Below, one piece after another: positions 36,715-50,039 of a stretch of DNA of 64,000 nucleotides. Location of the stretch: the NCBI GenBank assembly GCA_030264375.1, contig JASCQW010000162.1:82346877-82410876 (forward strand). The letters are read 5' to 3'. The position numbers and the translations under genes are program-made. The notes beneath the pieces are model-generated. The model did no database searches. It saw only the letters and a list, made by a program, of their open reading frames with translations, and was not told where the DNA came from. The DNA comes from Carcharhinus longimanus. Its lineage: Eukaryota. Position 1 is the first letter of the stretch. Every line of letters begins with the position of its first letter.

Positions 36715-37045
36715 TAGACTAGCGTTTATGTTGCCCTTGACAATGGTGCCATGATCTACAGAGGTGTAGGTACACCCATAGTGTTGTTGGGGAGGGGATA
36801 GTGAAGGAACTGCAATATACTTGCAAGTCAGGAATCGTGTGGTATAGAGGGGAACCTGCAGATGGTGGTGTTCCTAAGCATCTGCTGCCCTTGTCTTTTT
36901 AAATGGTAGCAATCTAAGGAAGGTGCTGTCTAAGGAGCCTTGGTAGGTTGTTGCAGTGCATCTTGTAGATGGTATGCATTACTGCCATTGGTGGTGGTGA
37001 AGGGAGTGAATTTCGAATGGGGTGCCAATCAAAGCGGGCTGCTTA
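36715..37045 (-). mobile_element. 3' fragment of the 23582-27826 LINE family
   Basis: ggggaacctgcagatggtggtgttcc...gcagtgcatcttgtagatggta...ggggtgccaatcaaagcgggctgc. Confidence 0.75.
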
Positions 37046-37422
37046 GTTCAGTGTTTATACAAATACAAGCACATGTTGATTAGGAGTAGTAGCCCTGATG
37101 ATTCCTCAACCCCTACCAAGAACATCAGGGACTGATCCTCCTTTGTACCACAGCTGATTAGATCTTTTGGTAGAGTTATTGCTTGTTAAGGGAATGGCGT
37201 GTGCCATGACAAATTAGTTAGTGTACAATATTTCAATTAGAATGTCAGCTAGCAACATAACACTTTCAACAACAAAGTTGTGACAACAGTTTGAGTAAGA
37301 AAATAGGCAACATCAGGACTACAAAGGCAACAGCAGAAAATGATAGTCTCTCTCACACACTGGAGACCCAGTGTTCTTAATGTTTATATCCTTTTTTGAA
37401 TAATTAACCACTGTATACCTAC

Positions 37423-37512
37423 TCTCTGATATTTTCCACATAAGTAGCGATATAAGGTTTTCTGTACAAGATGCCAGCAACGGGCTTCCAGTTTCATCAG
37501 CTGATGATAAAG
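37423..37512 (-). CDS. Candidate 90-nt internal exon, unknown gene (LYHQLMKLEARCWHLVQKTLYRYLCGKYQR)
   Basis: Minus strand atcatgtttacag|CTTTAT...CAGAGA|gtaggt; open in phase 0; non-repeat sequence; product not recognised. Confidence 0.3.
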
Positions 37513-37662
37513 CTGTAAACATGATTATTAAGAGCATGTTTTTATTTTTCTGCATACTATACAGTGGATGGTATTCATCAATGTGCAAATTCATAATTCA
37601 GATTGGCAGCTCACACTAATGCCAGTGTAATCTTGTATTCCTCATAGCATGACTGTTTGACT

Positions 37663-37980
37663 GGGTGGTATGGTGGTTAGCACTGCTGCCTCACCGCATC
37701 AGGGACCCAGGTTCGATTCCGGCCTCTGGTCACTGTCTGCGTGAAGTTTGCACATTCTCCTCGTTTGCGTGTGCTTCTTCTGGGTGCTCCGGTTTTCTCC
37801 CACTGTCCAAAGATGTGTGGGTTAGGTGGATTGGCCATGCTAAATTCCCCTTTGGTATGAGAGGGGTTAGTGGGATAAATACATGGACATGCAGGGATAG
37901 GATAGGGCCTGGGTGGGATCGTTGTTGGTGCAGATTCTGAGCTGAATGGCTGCCTCCTCCACTGTAGGGGATTCTATGAC
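37663..37980 (+). mobile_element. Full-length HE1-like SINE
   Basis: A and B boxes, V-type body, tail ccactgtaggggattctatg. Confidence 0.9.
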
Positions 37981-40677
37981 TGCTGCTCTCCACCCCTACT
38001 CAGGAAGAATGATAGTTACACTCGTGTCTCATAACAGGAATAAGCAGCATGGGCAACCCTCAAGCGTGTTGCTCATAAAATGAACAAACAAATGTCCCTA
38101 TTAAATTGAGATGCCAAATTAAACAAAGCCCCAACAAAAGCAAACCAAATTCTATAAAGTACATAATTTATAGTTTATTACACTGTTATCAGTATCTGTA
38201 AGACAGTTGGTCTCTGTGGTAACCATCAGATACAGAAGGCCTTGATTGTATGGCTGGACACTGCATGCTACCTCTCCAAGGCCTGGATGCAGATAATCTT
38301 TCTTTGGAACATTTGCAGCAGATCAAATGAAGGCCTTCATCCTATGCAAGTACCCAATTTGAAAGGCACGCCCGTCTTTTGTGTAGGGTGCTGTCACACT
38401 GATGTTGACTGTTGCAGTTCTATGGATAATAGCAGCTTGCAAGGCTAGAAAAATGTTTACATATTGTAATGTTGCAAAGGACTGGTGATAGGGATGATGC
38501 AGTATACTAAGTTCGGTAGCTCACACAGTTGTCCAAATACCAAAAATGAATGTTTATTTCAACGTCTTCAGATGATCAGCGAAAACAAATGAAATAAACA
38601 GCTAGCTCTTATTTGAGCCTAACTTTACACACAATGTATCCCTATTTAAGCCTGGATGGCTAATCCATCTTCCAGGGAAAACTCAACACAGTATACAATA
38701 GCAACAATCCTTCAGAAAGGAAAGGCAGAGGCAAGATCAAAACATGGACGAAGGAGGTCAGAGGACCAGAGCATTCTCATACAGACCCAAATTTAATCCA
38801 AATCAGGATTTTCGTACAGTCGAAAGTCAGCACCAAATGTGGTTAACAACAGCAAATTCTTCACTCTCCAAGGCAGCCTCTTCACATTCATGAATTTGGC
38901 TTCTGCATTTATTTAGCAGGGCTTCGAGATCTGCTTATATAGTCTAGCAAGATTACAGAGCTGATCCTCATTGCGCTGATTCTAACTAGGAGATTTCCAT
39001 CAGTTTGCCATGTGATTTCTGGGTTGGCCAACTTGGGTGGGGGGAACTTTGTCAAGAAACTGGAGAACATCATGAGAAAAGTACCATCCTTCCAACTCTC
39101 AGCCCCTGATGACACCACAATACTCACTTGCTCCTAATTATGCATGGGCTGCCTTTCAATTAGGTGATCTTAGAGAAAATTAATCTGATCTCGGAAGGTG
39201 ATGACTGATTTTTAGGCTTTTGAGAAATGTTTGCCATTCAATTCAACATGCAAGCTTGTGTTTCGATATGTCACTTCTTATTTTATGATAATGGCACCAT
39301 CCGCTATTAAGGATGAGAGATCATAGACTGTCTATAAACGCATCTTGATATACAAATTGCAATGATATTCACTTCAGATTATACACATTGAACCTGCATT
39401 ACTGGTACAAGCAACAAATCCTTTTGGTTCGAAAACTGTCAATACACCTCAGATGTAACAGCAATGACCAGTTATGTCAGAGTTTATCATTTTAAAACAT
39501 TTTGAATTCAGTCTTCATTGATATTTTTCTCTTTCTCAATACTCTTAGTCTTGCATTTTCTGGGCAGGTAGCCAATGCTCAAACCATTGCCAAATCTGCT
39601 CAGAAGGCTGTTTGGAAATGCATGAGAATGGCCCAGGTTGGCAGTCCTGCTGGTTTTTGTTTTTCTTTGCACCTGCTTCCTGTAGAAAGATATTGCACCT
39701 CCAACGTGGTGAAGATTTACAAACGCTGTATCATTAAACCAAGGATTTACAGGTCAAATCTGTATCCTATCCTCATTATAACACGAGCTTGCTGGCCGAC
39801 CCCCATCGTGTTACAGCACCTTGCCACCCATCAGCCTGCCCTACCAATGTCACCAATTCCAGCAGCTCATCCCAACGTCCAGAGAACTGCCAGGAAACTC
39901 AGGATAAATTGTGTCGGTCAGAAGGATAAGATGGGCAACTTTTCAATAACTTCCCATTCTTCAATTCCTGCAGTGCAGCAGATAAAATATTACTATCCAA
40001 ACGCTGCACTTGGAAATTATTGATACATTTCTGCAGCTTAGTCATAAATTTTTACAACTTCTGAGGAAACCTGGCACGCTGCTCTCCACTGGAACAGATG
40101 CAATGAAGCGAGTGACTTATCAGTTCCTGGGGTGATGGCAGTCCTGCTGTCCACATTACCTGAGATCTAACATTATCTTTTCAAACACTGCCGCTGAAAG
40201 TTAATTTAATAGTGTTCAGAGAATGCTAGTTTACATATTGACTCAGATTTCTGAATTATTTTGGCAGCCTTGGAGAATTTATCTTGCACGCTGCTTGATT
40301 TTGAGCTGACAAAAGCAAAAGACAATAATTGAAGACATGACTTTTTTTTTCTTATATGCCAGACTTTTTCCTGATATGCCAGGTTGACAGAAAGGGGCTA
40401 AAGCTCTTTCAGTCACTCACACTTAATGTTAGACATCACGGTCAGCTGTGGGAGTACAGTGTGCAGGCAGTACAATGGTCTAAACACTGGGGTATGGAGG
40501 AACATGTCAGAGATGTACATGTTCAGAACGTAAACAAGCAGGATTGTGTTCAGCTGCATTGCCACCTGGGGTTAAGTGGTGGGCTGGTGTTTGCTGTCAA
40601 AGTTTACACCATAATATGGGAGAGAACTGGAGGGAATCCTTTTTCAATGAATGGAAGTACGTCTTGCTTTTAAACGA

Positions 40678-40935
40678 TACCATAGAATCATAAAATGGCT
40701 ACAGTTCAGAGGGAGGCCATTCGGCCCATTGGGTCAGCACCAACTCTCCGAAAGAGCATCATACCCAGGTCCCCTCCTCCATCCTAACACTGGAACCCTG
40801 TGCATTTGTCACGGTTAATCCACCTCACCTATACATCTTTGGACCGAGAGGAAACTGGAGCACCCAGAGGAAACCGACGTAGACTCGGAGAATGTGCTAA
40901 CTCCACACAGTCACCAAAGGCCGGAATTGAATTCA
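40678..40935 (-). mobile_element. HE1-like SINE
   Basis: catagaatca tail; gaggaaactggagcacccagaggaaacc body. Confidence 0.8.
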
Positions 40936-41054
40936 TGACTTTGGGACATCCTAAAGCTCTTTATTATTTTGGAGTGTTGTTTTGTAGCAAATGCAGGAGC
41001 TAATTTAAGTCCCACGAATGATAATGAGAAAATGGTCACTAGTCTTCCATTGAA

Positions 41055-41630
41055 GGTAAGAAATAAGCAGTTGGAGTAGAAAGTTCAGCCTCTAGAGCCT
41101 GCACTTCCATTAAATATGTTCGTGGCTGACTTTTAGCCTCAACTCTACTTTCCCAGCTGCTCTCCATATCTCTTGATTCCCTGAGAGATCAAAAATCTGT
41201 TGATCTCCATTTCAAATATACAGTGCACTGTGGTTGAAAATTCCAAAGATCCATAACCTTTTGAATATTTTGGCCCTAAAATAACCAGTCCCTTATCCTG
41301 AGACAGTGCCTTGTTCCAGATTTTGTACCCAGGGAAGAAAGGTTTATGTCAAGGCCCTTTAGAATCTCGGGTGTTTTACTGAATTATTTTATTAACTTGA
41401 GTGTGTGGATCCAATTTACTCAGTGTCTTATCATAAGCCAGCCCTCTCATTCTGGGACCAATCTAATTATTGCTCCTAGGCAAGTATATCCTCCTTCAAT
41501 ATGGAGACCAAAACTCTGCACAGGACTTCAGACGTGGTCCCTCTGAAGCTTTAGACAATTGTAGAAAAATGTCCTCATTTTTGTATTCTGATCTCCTTGC
41601 AATGAAGATCAACATATCCTTTACCTTTTG
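41055..41630 (-). mobile_element. CR1 3' fragment inside a DeuSINE (pieces at 40935-41045 and 41630-41850)
   Basis: ggagaccaaaactctgcacaggacttcagacgtggtc encodes the CR1 PRL..C.(Q)FWSP region on the minus strand. Confidence 0.7.
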
Positions 41631-43249
41631 TTGGTTAAAGGATTAACTTTGGCCCATATATTAGTGAATGCCCCAGTTTGTTCTCAAAATAGGGCTGCTT
41701 ACGCTTACCAAAGAGGGTGGATGGAACCTTAACATCTCATCTGAAAAAAAAACACCATCTGCAACTTGTAGTACTCCCTAATGCTGCATTGACTGTTGGC
41801 CCAGATCTTGTGCTCAAGTCCCTGTTGTGGAAATTTGACCCAGAGGGCAAGTGATTTGCTGCATTGGGAAGGGGAATTGGAGAAGGAATTGCTTTTAAAA
41901 GAGAACCCATTTACCTCTCTCTCCTGGGCAATTTGAGGTATTTGACTGCTGGACTAATAAGTAAGTACTTTAACATGCAACACTTGAAGTGAAATGATTT
42001 CTTCCTCAATTAAAATTTCCATTTGTCAAATATTAGAACCCACTTGAGATCTTGCATCAAGAAAACATAAAGTATTGGAATTAAGTAAGTTCTTTTATAG
42101 TTCACTGTAAAGTCAACTCTTTGTCGGAGGTGATTTTGTGTGACCTTGACACACAGGATTTGCATTTTATACTTGGAGCTGTAATCACAGCTTTTATGGA
42201 AGAGTGGACAAGTGTATACCTGTCTGAATTATGGAGAATGGGCAGAAAAAGTGGCCTGAGTGTTATATTCCAACATGTCTAAGATTTGGATTCATACTTA
42301 GACATTCCTCACAGGACGCCCACTAAGGATGGTCTGAAGGTCTGCCCTGTTAGCAATGTGGTGATCTGGTCACTTGTGGAACAATGGTGTTCTTGTCAAA
42401 TTTAATTGGGTGGAGCATTTTGTATTTTTTCTTTTGTTCATGTTTCCATTTGAAACAAAGTATGGAAGCAGTGCCTCATTTTGTTAACCATACTGCTTTG
42501 GTTGATATAACTGGATTTAGTTAACTCGTTGTTTCCACAAAAACATTGATTNNNNNNNNNNNNNNNNNNNNNNNNNNNNNNNNNNNNNNNNNNNNNNNNN
42601 NNNNNNNNNNNNNNNNNNNNNNNNNNNNNNNNNNNNNNNNNNNNNNNNNNNCGTCCATCTGCCCCCCCTCTTCTCCTCCGCCCCCCTCTTCTCCTCCACC
42701 CCCCCACCCCCCACTCTTGATCACCCCCTCTCCTGTGCCAGTTGCTCACTTGTCACAGTCTCTCCAGTTCTCTGAAACAGGAAAGAGCCTGAAGCAATGC
42801 TCTTATTTACCAAAGTAACGACAGCCCCTTTGTAAGCCATCACCTAATTGTTCATTGTGGTGGCCATGTTGCTGAGCTGATTAAACTGCTGACAAACATC
42901 ATGCACAGTTTAATGAAAGGGCTACAATTGTGTTGATCTCCCTTTTCTTGGGGAAACGTATGGTGCATACACAAATTAAAATGGAAGTCGTAAACTTTGA
43001 AGCAACTGCCAGTGCAGCACTTGTTTTGATGTGGATTCAGAGCTGCAGAAATTGTCTGGCGGCATGAACAGATGGGTTTTTATAGTACAAAGGTTCAGTC
43101 AGCAGTAATGTACTATAAATGCTGTATTATAGACTTCAAATAATGTGAATGGAATGCATCAACCTTGTTTTTATATTTAATCCCAACACTTGTCCCTTTT
43201 CACTAATTGTAGGTATTTGACCCCAGGCCAGTTTGTTTCTGCAATGAAG

Positions 43250-43690
43250 GAATCATGGAACCAAGGGATGGTACAGCACAGGAGGAGGCTATTTGGCCTC
43301 TTGGGCCTACGTTGAGCCTTTGAAAGTGTTATCCATTTTGTCCTAGTCCCTTGTCCTTTCGTGGCAAACCTGTAAATTTTTTCCCCTTCAATAGTTAGTT
43401 GATTCTCTTTTGAGATATACTATGGAATGTTTCCAGCAATCTTTCAGGTGATGCATTTGGGATTGTGCCAACTCGCTGAATAAAAAAAAAAAATTCTCCT
43501 CACGCCACCTCTGGTTCTTCTGACATGTTAAATCTAGGTCCTCTGCTTGGCAGCCCTGCCTCTGGAAACAGTTGCTCCTTGTCTATTCTATCATACTGAT
43601 TTTGAATGCCCTTCCTGTTCTGAGGAGAAAAATTCCATCTTCTCTAATCTCTCCATGCGACTGAAGTTCCTCATTGTTGGTACCATCCTA
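43250..43690 (-). mobile_element. Old CR1 3' end
   Basis: aatcatggaa...gtacagcacaggaggaggctatttggcc...ttctctaatctctcca. Confidence 0.65.
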
Positions 43691-44865
43691 GCCTGTGTGC
43701 AGACCAGTTAGCCTAACATCAGTATTGGGAAAATGCTAGAGACTATTGTAAAGGATGCAATAACAGGACAGTTGCAAAATGTTAATGGGGTTAGAGTTGA
43801 CATGGATTTATGAAAGGGAAATTGGTTAATTCTGCTGGAGTTTCTTGTGAGCATAATGAGCAAAATAGATAAAGGTGAGAAGGTGGATGTAGTGTATTTG
43901 GATTTTCAGAAAGCTTTGATGTTCTACACCTGGGATTAGGGATAATATATTGGTGTGGACTAAGAATTGGTTAGCAGACAGGAAACAGTGGGAATGAATA
44001 GGTATTTTTCAAAGGGGCAGGCAGTGACTAGTGGGGTCCTGCAGGGATCAGTGCTTGGGTCCCAGCTATTCATGGTATGCATCAATGATTTGGATGAGGG
44101 AACCAAATGTAGTATTTCCAAGATTGCTGATGGTCTGAAACTTGATGGGAATGCAAACGGTGAGAAGGATGTTAAGAGACTACGAAGTGATTTGGGCAAG
44201 TTGATTGAATAAGCAAATACATGGCAATATGATATGGATAAGTGTGAAGTTATCCACTTTAGATGGAGAAAAAGAATGGCAGATTATTATTTAAATTGTG
44301 ATAGATTGGGAAATGTTGACATACATGGATGTCCAAGTACATCAGTCACTCAAAGCAAGCATACACATGCAGCAAGTAAGCAATCAAGAAGGTAATGCTC
44401 TTCATTGGGAGAGGACGTCAGCGCAGAAGCAAGGATGTCTTACTACACCTGTACAGGACCATGGTGAGACTACACCTTAAGCATTGTAGCAGTTTTAGTT
44501 TCCTTTCCCAAGAGAGGATATTATTGCCATAGAGGTAGTGCAGCAAAGGTTCCTGGGATAGCAGGATTGTCGATGAGGAGAGATTGGGTTGACTTGGCCT
44601 GTTTTCACTGGAATTTAAAAGAATGAGAAGGGATCTCATTGAAATGTATTGAATTGAGTTGGACATATTGGATGCAAGAATGTTTCCTCCTAGCTGGGGA
44701 ATCTAAACAAGAGGTCATAGTCTTAGGACACAGGGCTGGCCAGTTATCCAGCCGACTATTGGGCAATGCATTTAGGATTGTGCCAACTTGCTGCATTAAA
44801 ACACTTCTCCTCGAGATACCCCTGATTCTTTTGCCAATTACATTAAATCCAGGTCCTCTACTTGC

Positions 44866-45175
44866 CAGCACCAAAGTGGCACAGTGGTTAGTATTGCTAC
44901 CTCTCAGTGCCAGGGACCTGGGATTGATTCTGGCCTTGGCTGACTGTCTGTGTGGAATTTGGACATTCTCCCCATGTCTCTGGGTTTCCTCTGGGTCTCT
45001 GATTTTGTCCTGTAGTCCAAAGATGTGCAGGTTAGTTTGATTGGCCATGGGAATTTGGGGGAATTGCCAGAGTAAATTCATGAGGTTATGGGGATAGGGT
45101 TCAGGTGGGAATGTTGCTGTTGGATCGATGGGCTGAATGACCTCCTTCTGTACTTGGGGATTATGATTTCATGAT
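44866..45175 (+). mobile_element. HE1-like SINE
   Basis: gtggcacagtggttagtattgc...tccaaagatgtgcaggttag...ccttctgtacttggggattatgattt. Confidence 0.85.
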
Positions 45176-45329
45176 TTAGGATTGAGATGAGGCAAAAGAT
45201 CACAAAGGATAGTGAACCTGTGGAATTCTCTACCACCGAAGATTGTTGAGGCTAAATCATGGGATATATTTAAGAAGGAAATAGACTACTAAACTCTAAA
45301 TGTGCCAAGGGGAATGGTGTTGAGATAGA

Positions 45330-46335
45330 GACTGTGATTCTCTGGCTCTGTGCGCTCATGTGCAGATTACTCTGGGGGTCACACGGGGATAGAGAATTGC
45401 ATGGGATGGGCCACAGCATGTTTAACACCAGGGAGAACCCCCTTTGGAATTGTCCAAGCCCTGTACCCTGAAATAATCTGGTTCCCTCTAACATAAAAAA
45501 AAAAGCTTAGTTCGGAGCCGGATTCTCCCAGTTCCTGCAATTTACTGACCCTTGAACACAGCAGGAACCTGGCACAAATTGCCACTGGTCTCCACAAGAC
45601 CAGTTGTGCTTGCTGCTCCAGGATGCTAAGAGGCCACTAAACCCCAGGGTGATCTGGGTAGTGCTGTGGCATTGCACCCCAGTGGTGCTAAGGGGCAGAA
45701 CTTGAAGGGAGTTCCTAAGAACCTGAAGGCCTTGGACTAGCCCACTGTCAGGTTTTGCTCAGTTGGGGAGGCCTTTATGCTGGAGAGGACAGATGTGGGG
45801 AGGGGAAGGGCATTGGCAGCCTGCTGGCAAGGATGGATTGGTGGGGGCTGGGTCACACTCATACCTGCATGGTGTATGGGGTGGGGTGATCCAGGCATTT
45901 TAGATGGGGGTGAGTTTGCTCCTCTGGGACCAAGGGTGAGGAGTATCCCTCGTCAGTGGGAGAGGGGGACTTTCAACTTAACTCTGAGAACAGGACGCCC
46001 TTTGAAACAGGGGTCTGTTTCGCCAGTGTCGTTAGGTTCCCACTCCAAAAAAAAATTCTAAGTGTGGAGGAGAGAGGGATATGGGTCAAATGCAGGCAAT
46101 TGGAATTAACTTAATAGTACAAACTATATAGCAGCAGAGACAAATTGGGCCGCAGGGTCTATTTCCATGCTCTAAACCTCAATGACTCTAATTCAGTGAA
46201 AATTTTCCCAGGATTCGAAAAAAAAACTTAATTGAGTTGAATTGTGAACTGAATCACACTGACCCTCCTAGTGGGAATGTCACCAGTCTTCCCACTGGGG
46301 GCAATACTTTGAAATTTTCTGGGAGAATTATGCCC
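45330..46335. mobile_element. ~1-kb non-autonomous DNA transposon (PIF/Harbinger-like)
   Basis: Imperfect TIRs GACTGTGATTCTC and GAGAATTATGCCC; AGA duplicated at 45327-45329 and 46336-46338; removal restores CR1 gagatagaggatcagcc. Confidence 0.65.
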
Positions 46336-46539
46336 AGAGGATCAGCCATAGTCATGTTGTGTGGTAGTGCTGACTCAAAGGGTCAAATGACCTACTCCTG
46401 TTTTCCATGTTTCTGAAGCATCCTTTCCAAAGAATTGGGTGTAATATTATAACCGACTGTTAACCAATGCTTTTTAATGGTTAAGCACATCTTTCTTGCT
46501 TTTGTACTTGCGTGCCTGACTTAGAGTGTAAAATACCTT

Positions 46540-47200
46540 GTGATGACATTGGGTGTGAATCCTGATGCCATCCTGCACTCTCACAATATTTTGGTCAGCG
46601 GGCGCAGGCATGGCTATGCACCACGGCTGCTGTCAGTTATGAACCATTTGAAGGGTTGATCTGCCCTATTTTTTACATTGTCTGTGCAATTTTTTTTTTG
46701 TTGCCCACTCTGCCTGTCCAATAACCTATTGTGAATGGGAAGGGGCAGCTGAATCTGAAGGTCCTGGTAGTTCAAGTTGAACCATATCATCCTGCTTTGA
46801 AACAGGGGTCTGCAGTGCTGTATCAAGCAATAAGATGCCATTGAAGTCTTTTCTACATCCAACCGCATAGTCATCCACTGGCATCTCACATGGCCTCCTG
46901 GCTTGGCGTTTAACCTGGACACCGTCAGATTCAGGGTGCCCTTCCAACCCCCTGGCATCTGGTTGCTCTGCACCCCTCTCTGGGACTTGCTTTCAGGCAG
47001 AATGCTGCAGTACCTTTTCTGGCCACTGCAGTGCTGTGTCTAGAGGGGCAGAACTGTCAGCCAGACAGATGGGCTGACAGCTCTCTCGGTTCTCCAAGGA
47101 AGAACTTCTCTCCAAGGTTGGATGGAAGTCCTGCTTTCTGCTGCCTGTTAAATGGAAGTGGCATTTTGAGAGCTGGTGGGAGCGTGTTACGCACCAACCC
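46540..47200 (-). mobile_element. Decayed RTE-like LINE fragment
   Basis: RQSGQQKKNCTDNVK resembles RTE R.RGRQKK.W.DN.K. Confidence 0.45.
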
Positions 47201-47555
47201 TCAGGATAATGAGTGCTTTTGCCTATGTTTATAATGCTAAAAGCCCCATATCTTTTTTTTAACAGCTTTTTCAACTTGTACCTTCATACACTCGTATACA
47301 CGTGTCCCAGGTCTCTTGGTTCCTACACCCACTCTGAAATTGTATCATCTAGTTTACATTGCCTCTGCTAATTCTTTCTACCAAACGCACCTGCTATATA
47401 TCTACACATTTTACCAGTCTGTTTACGCTTGAAGTCAGTTACTATCCTCCTCACTTTACTATGTTTCCAAGTTTCATTTGCAAGTTTTGGAATTAAGCCC
47501 AGTATATCCAAGTCCAGGTCATTAATATATGTCAAAAAGAGTTATGATTCCAATT
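47200..47555 (-). mobile_element. CR1 RT fragment
   Basis: Minus strand ttgacatatattaatgacctggacttgg...caaaacttgcaaatgaaacttgg, the YINDLD/KFADD region. Confidence 0.6.
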
Positions 47556-47870
47556 CCTTCGGCAGTCCCTTGGGATTGAGGATAAATTGCTTCCACTCCA
47601 ATCTGATGGGTTGTGGGATGCCTGATAAGTCCAGTGCATGATCTGTGGAATCTGCTGCTTGTGGGACAGGTGATGCTGTGAAGGTTGGAAAGTTTGAGTG
47701 CCCTTTCTAATGCCTCCACTTTGTCTTGACACGTTCCCAACAGTGTCTCAATGAAACTCTTTAATTTGGTTGATCACAAGCCAAGGACATCTGAGTTGGT
47801 GGGGATGTTTGATTGACGTCAAAAATGTTTTGAGGATATCCTTTACTTGTCTACTTGGGAAGCATCAGGA
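47555..47870 (-). mobile_element. RTE-clade LINE 3' end
   Basis: TCPTSSRFHRSCTGLIRHPTTH (degenerate C2H2 tail) and 3' end cttcggcagtcccttgggattgaggat. Confidence 0.7.
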
Positions 47871-48619
47871 GATTCCCAAGAAAAGCTTTTGTGTCAGGGA
47901 TTTTGTGTCAGACTTAAGACACATCCTAACTAAGTTGAAGTGGTTTTGAGTGATATCATGGTTTGTTTTTCTTGTTTGTAATTGATAAAAGTTATTGTTT
48001 TTTGTTAACATTATTCTTAAATAAACTTTGATTAAAGCTCCCTAGTCGGTCACTTGAATCGTACCTAAAGTGAAACATCATGTGCTTACCTAGCCAAGTT
48101 CAAATTGCAAAACCTATGATCCAAGGGGACTTCACTTGAATTATAACAAGTTGGACACCACTGGGACAGAAAGTGGCAAAAGAGCAGAGTTTGAGAATTC
48201 AACAGTGCATGTGGGAGGTAGTCACTACATCGCTAACCAGTAAATCGCCAGGAGATTCATGTACAGTTTTTCTTGGATCTGCAGGATGAGGTGCCCTCTG
48301 GTTTAAATATCTTATGAGCACTGCCAGATGGAGTATTGAGTGTTGTTGATTTAGTTTTTACAAATGTCTACTTCATGTTGATGTATTTTCAGACTGATCA
48401 TGAGGGCAATAATCCCGTGCAATTATATCCCATTTTGTAGGCTGTAATCACCTGTAATGACGTGGAAGCAGATATTCCAACAGCAGAAAGGCACACCAGC
48501 AGTTGAGTGAGGAAGAGGTGCCTAGATCAGCAGTATGACACAGGCTAATGAAAATCACTGCAGTTTTCTTTTTAAATATGTTGGCACACAGTTGAAATCT
48601 TTCCCCATGGAGGTTTTAA

Positions 48620-49055
48620 TCATAAGACATAGGAGCAGAATTAGGCCACTTGGCCCATTAAGTCTGCTCCACTATTCAATCATGGTTTTTTTTTTCCTTT
48701 TCCCCATAACTCCTGATTTCCTTATCAATCAAGAATCTATCTGTCTTAAAGATGTTTTAATGACCTGGCCTCCACAGCCTTCCATGGCAGAATTCCACAG
48801 ATGCACCACTCTCTAACTGAAGAAATTCCTCCTCATCTCTGTTTTAAAGGATCGTCCCTTTAGCCTGAGGTTGTGCCCTCTGGTTCTAGCTTTTCCTACG
48901 AGTGGAAACATCCTCTCACATCCACTCTATCCAGGCCTCGCAGTATTCTATAAGTTTCAATAAGATCCCCACTCATCTTTCTGAATGCCAATGAGTACAG
49001 ACCCAGAGTCCTCAAACATTCCTCATATGACAAGCTCTTCATTCCAGGGATCAGT
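48620..49055 (-). mobile_element. CR1 3' end
   Basis: LIPGMKSLSYEECLRTLGLYSLAFRKMSGDLIETYRILRGLDRVD. Confidence 0.9.
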
Positions 49056-49311
49056 TCTGGCCTCCAGGGCACCTCCATTTTCATCACTCTTGTTATTAGT
49101 GGCTGTGTCCTCAGCTGCCTGAATGGCCCTTATCTCGAGAACTCCCTCCCCAAACCTCTCCTCTCCGCCTCTCTCTCACTCTCCTGGTTTATGATACGTC
49201 TGAAGATCAAACTTTTGGGCAATCATAACAGCCAGAGTCAAATCACTTCTGTACAGCCTTGGAGCATGCCACTATGTGCAAAGTGCCGCACTACTGTTAT
49301 GTTATAGATTA

Positions 49312-49658
49312 GATCATTGAATTCCGACAGTGTAGGAGAGACCATTTGACCCATCGAGTCTGCACCGACTCTCTGACAGAGTATCTTACCCAGCCCGCCT
49401 CATCCCTCTAAACCTGACACACTTACCATGGCTAATACACCTAACCAACACTTCTTGGGACACTAAGAACCAATTTAGCACGGCCAATCCACCTAACCAG
49501 CATGTCTTTTGGGCTGTGTGAGAAAATCGGAGCACCTGGAGGAAACCCATGGGGACATGGGGAGAACATGCAGTCTCCGCACAGATGGTCACCTGAGGCC
49601 GGAATCGAATCCGGGTCCCTGGCACTGTGAGTCAGCAGTGCCAACCACTATGCCACCA
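49312..49658 (-). mobile_element. HE1-like SINE with duplicated internal unit
   Basis: Two successive ...aat(a/c)cacctaacc units; head gtgccaaccactatgccacc. Confidence 0.85.
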
Positions 49659-50039
49659 AGGAGTAAAACTGGATGCCAACATTTAATGCTCAAAGTCAAG
49701 AATTGCCTCTTTCCCAGACTCCACTTGGAGAGAATTTCAACAGTGTCCACCAGAAAATAATCTTTACCTTTTCAGGCTATTGTTTTGCAGTCAGGGAACT
49801 CCTCACAAGCTTGTCTTCGGTGTTGGCTCTGCATAAATAAATTGTTTAGAAGTTCAGCAACTACTTTTAGTCCTCTTGCAGGTTTTAAATGCAGGAGTGG
49901 AGTTTCTCATCAATTCTCCACAAGGAGTGTAATTTGATAGCTGTAAGTTCTGTTCTGGTTCTGGAGTCTGGGACAATGAACCCCATTCAGACATAAAGTT
50001 GCTCCAAACCTTTCTGCTCACTCGGATCAAGTGTCTATT

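Larger units (their letters stand above)
43690..46412 (+). mobile_element. CR1 ORF2 3' half, broken by a SINE (44866-45175) and a MITE (45330-46335)
   Basis: VYLDFQKAFD; VTSGVLQGSVLGSQLFMVCINDLDEGTKCSISKIADGLKL; 3'UTR resumes at 46336 agaggatcagccat. Confidence 0.85.
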
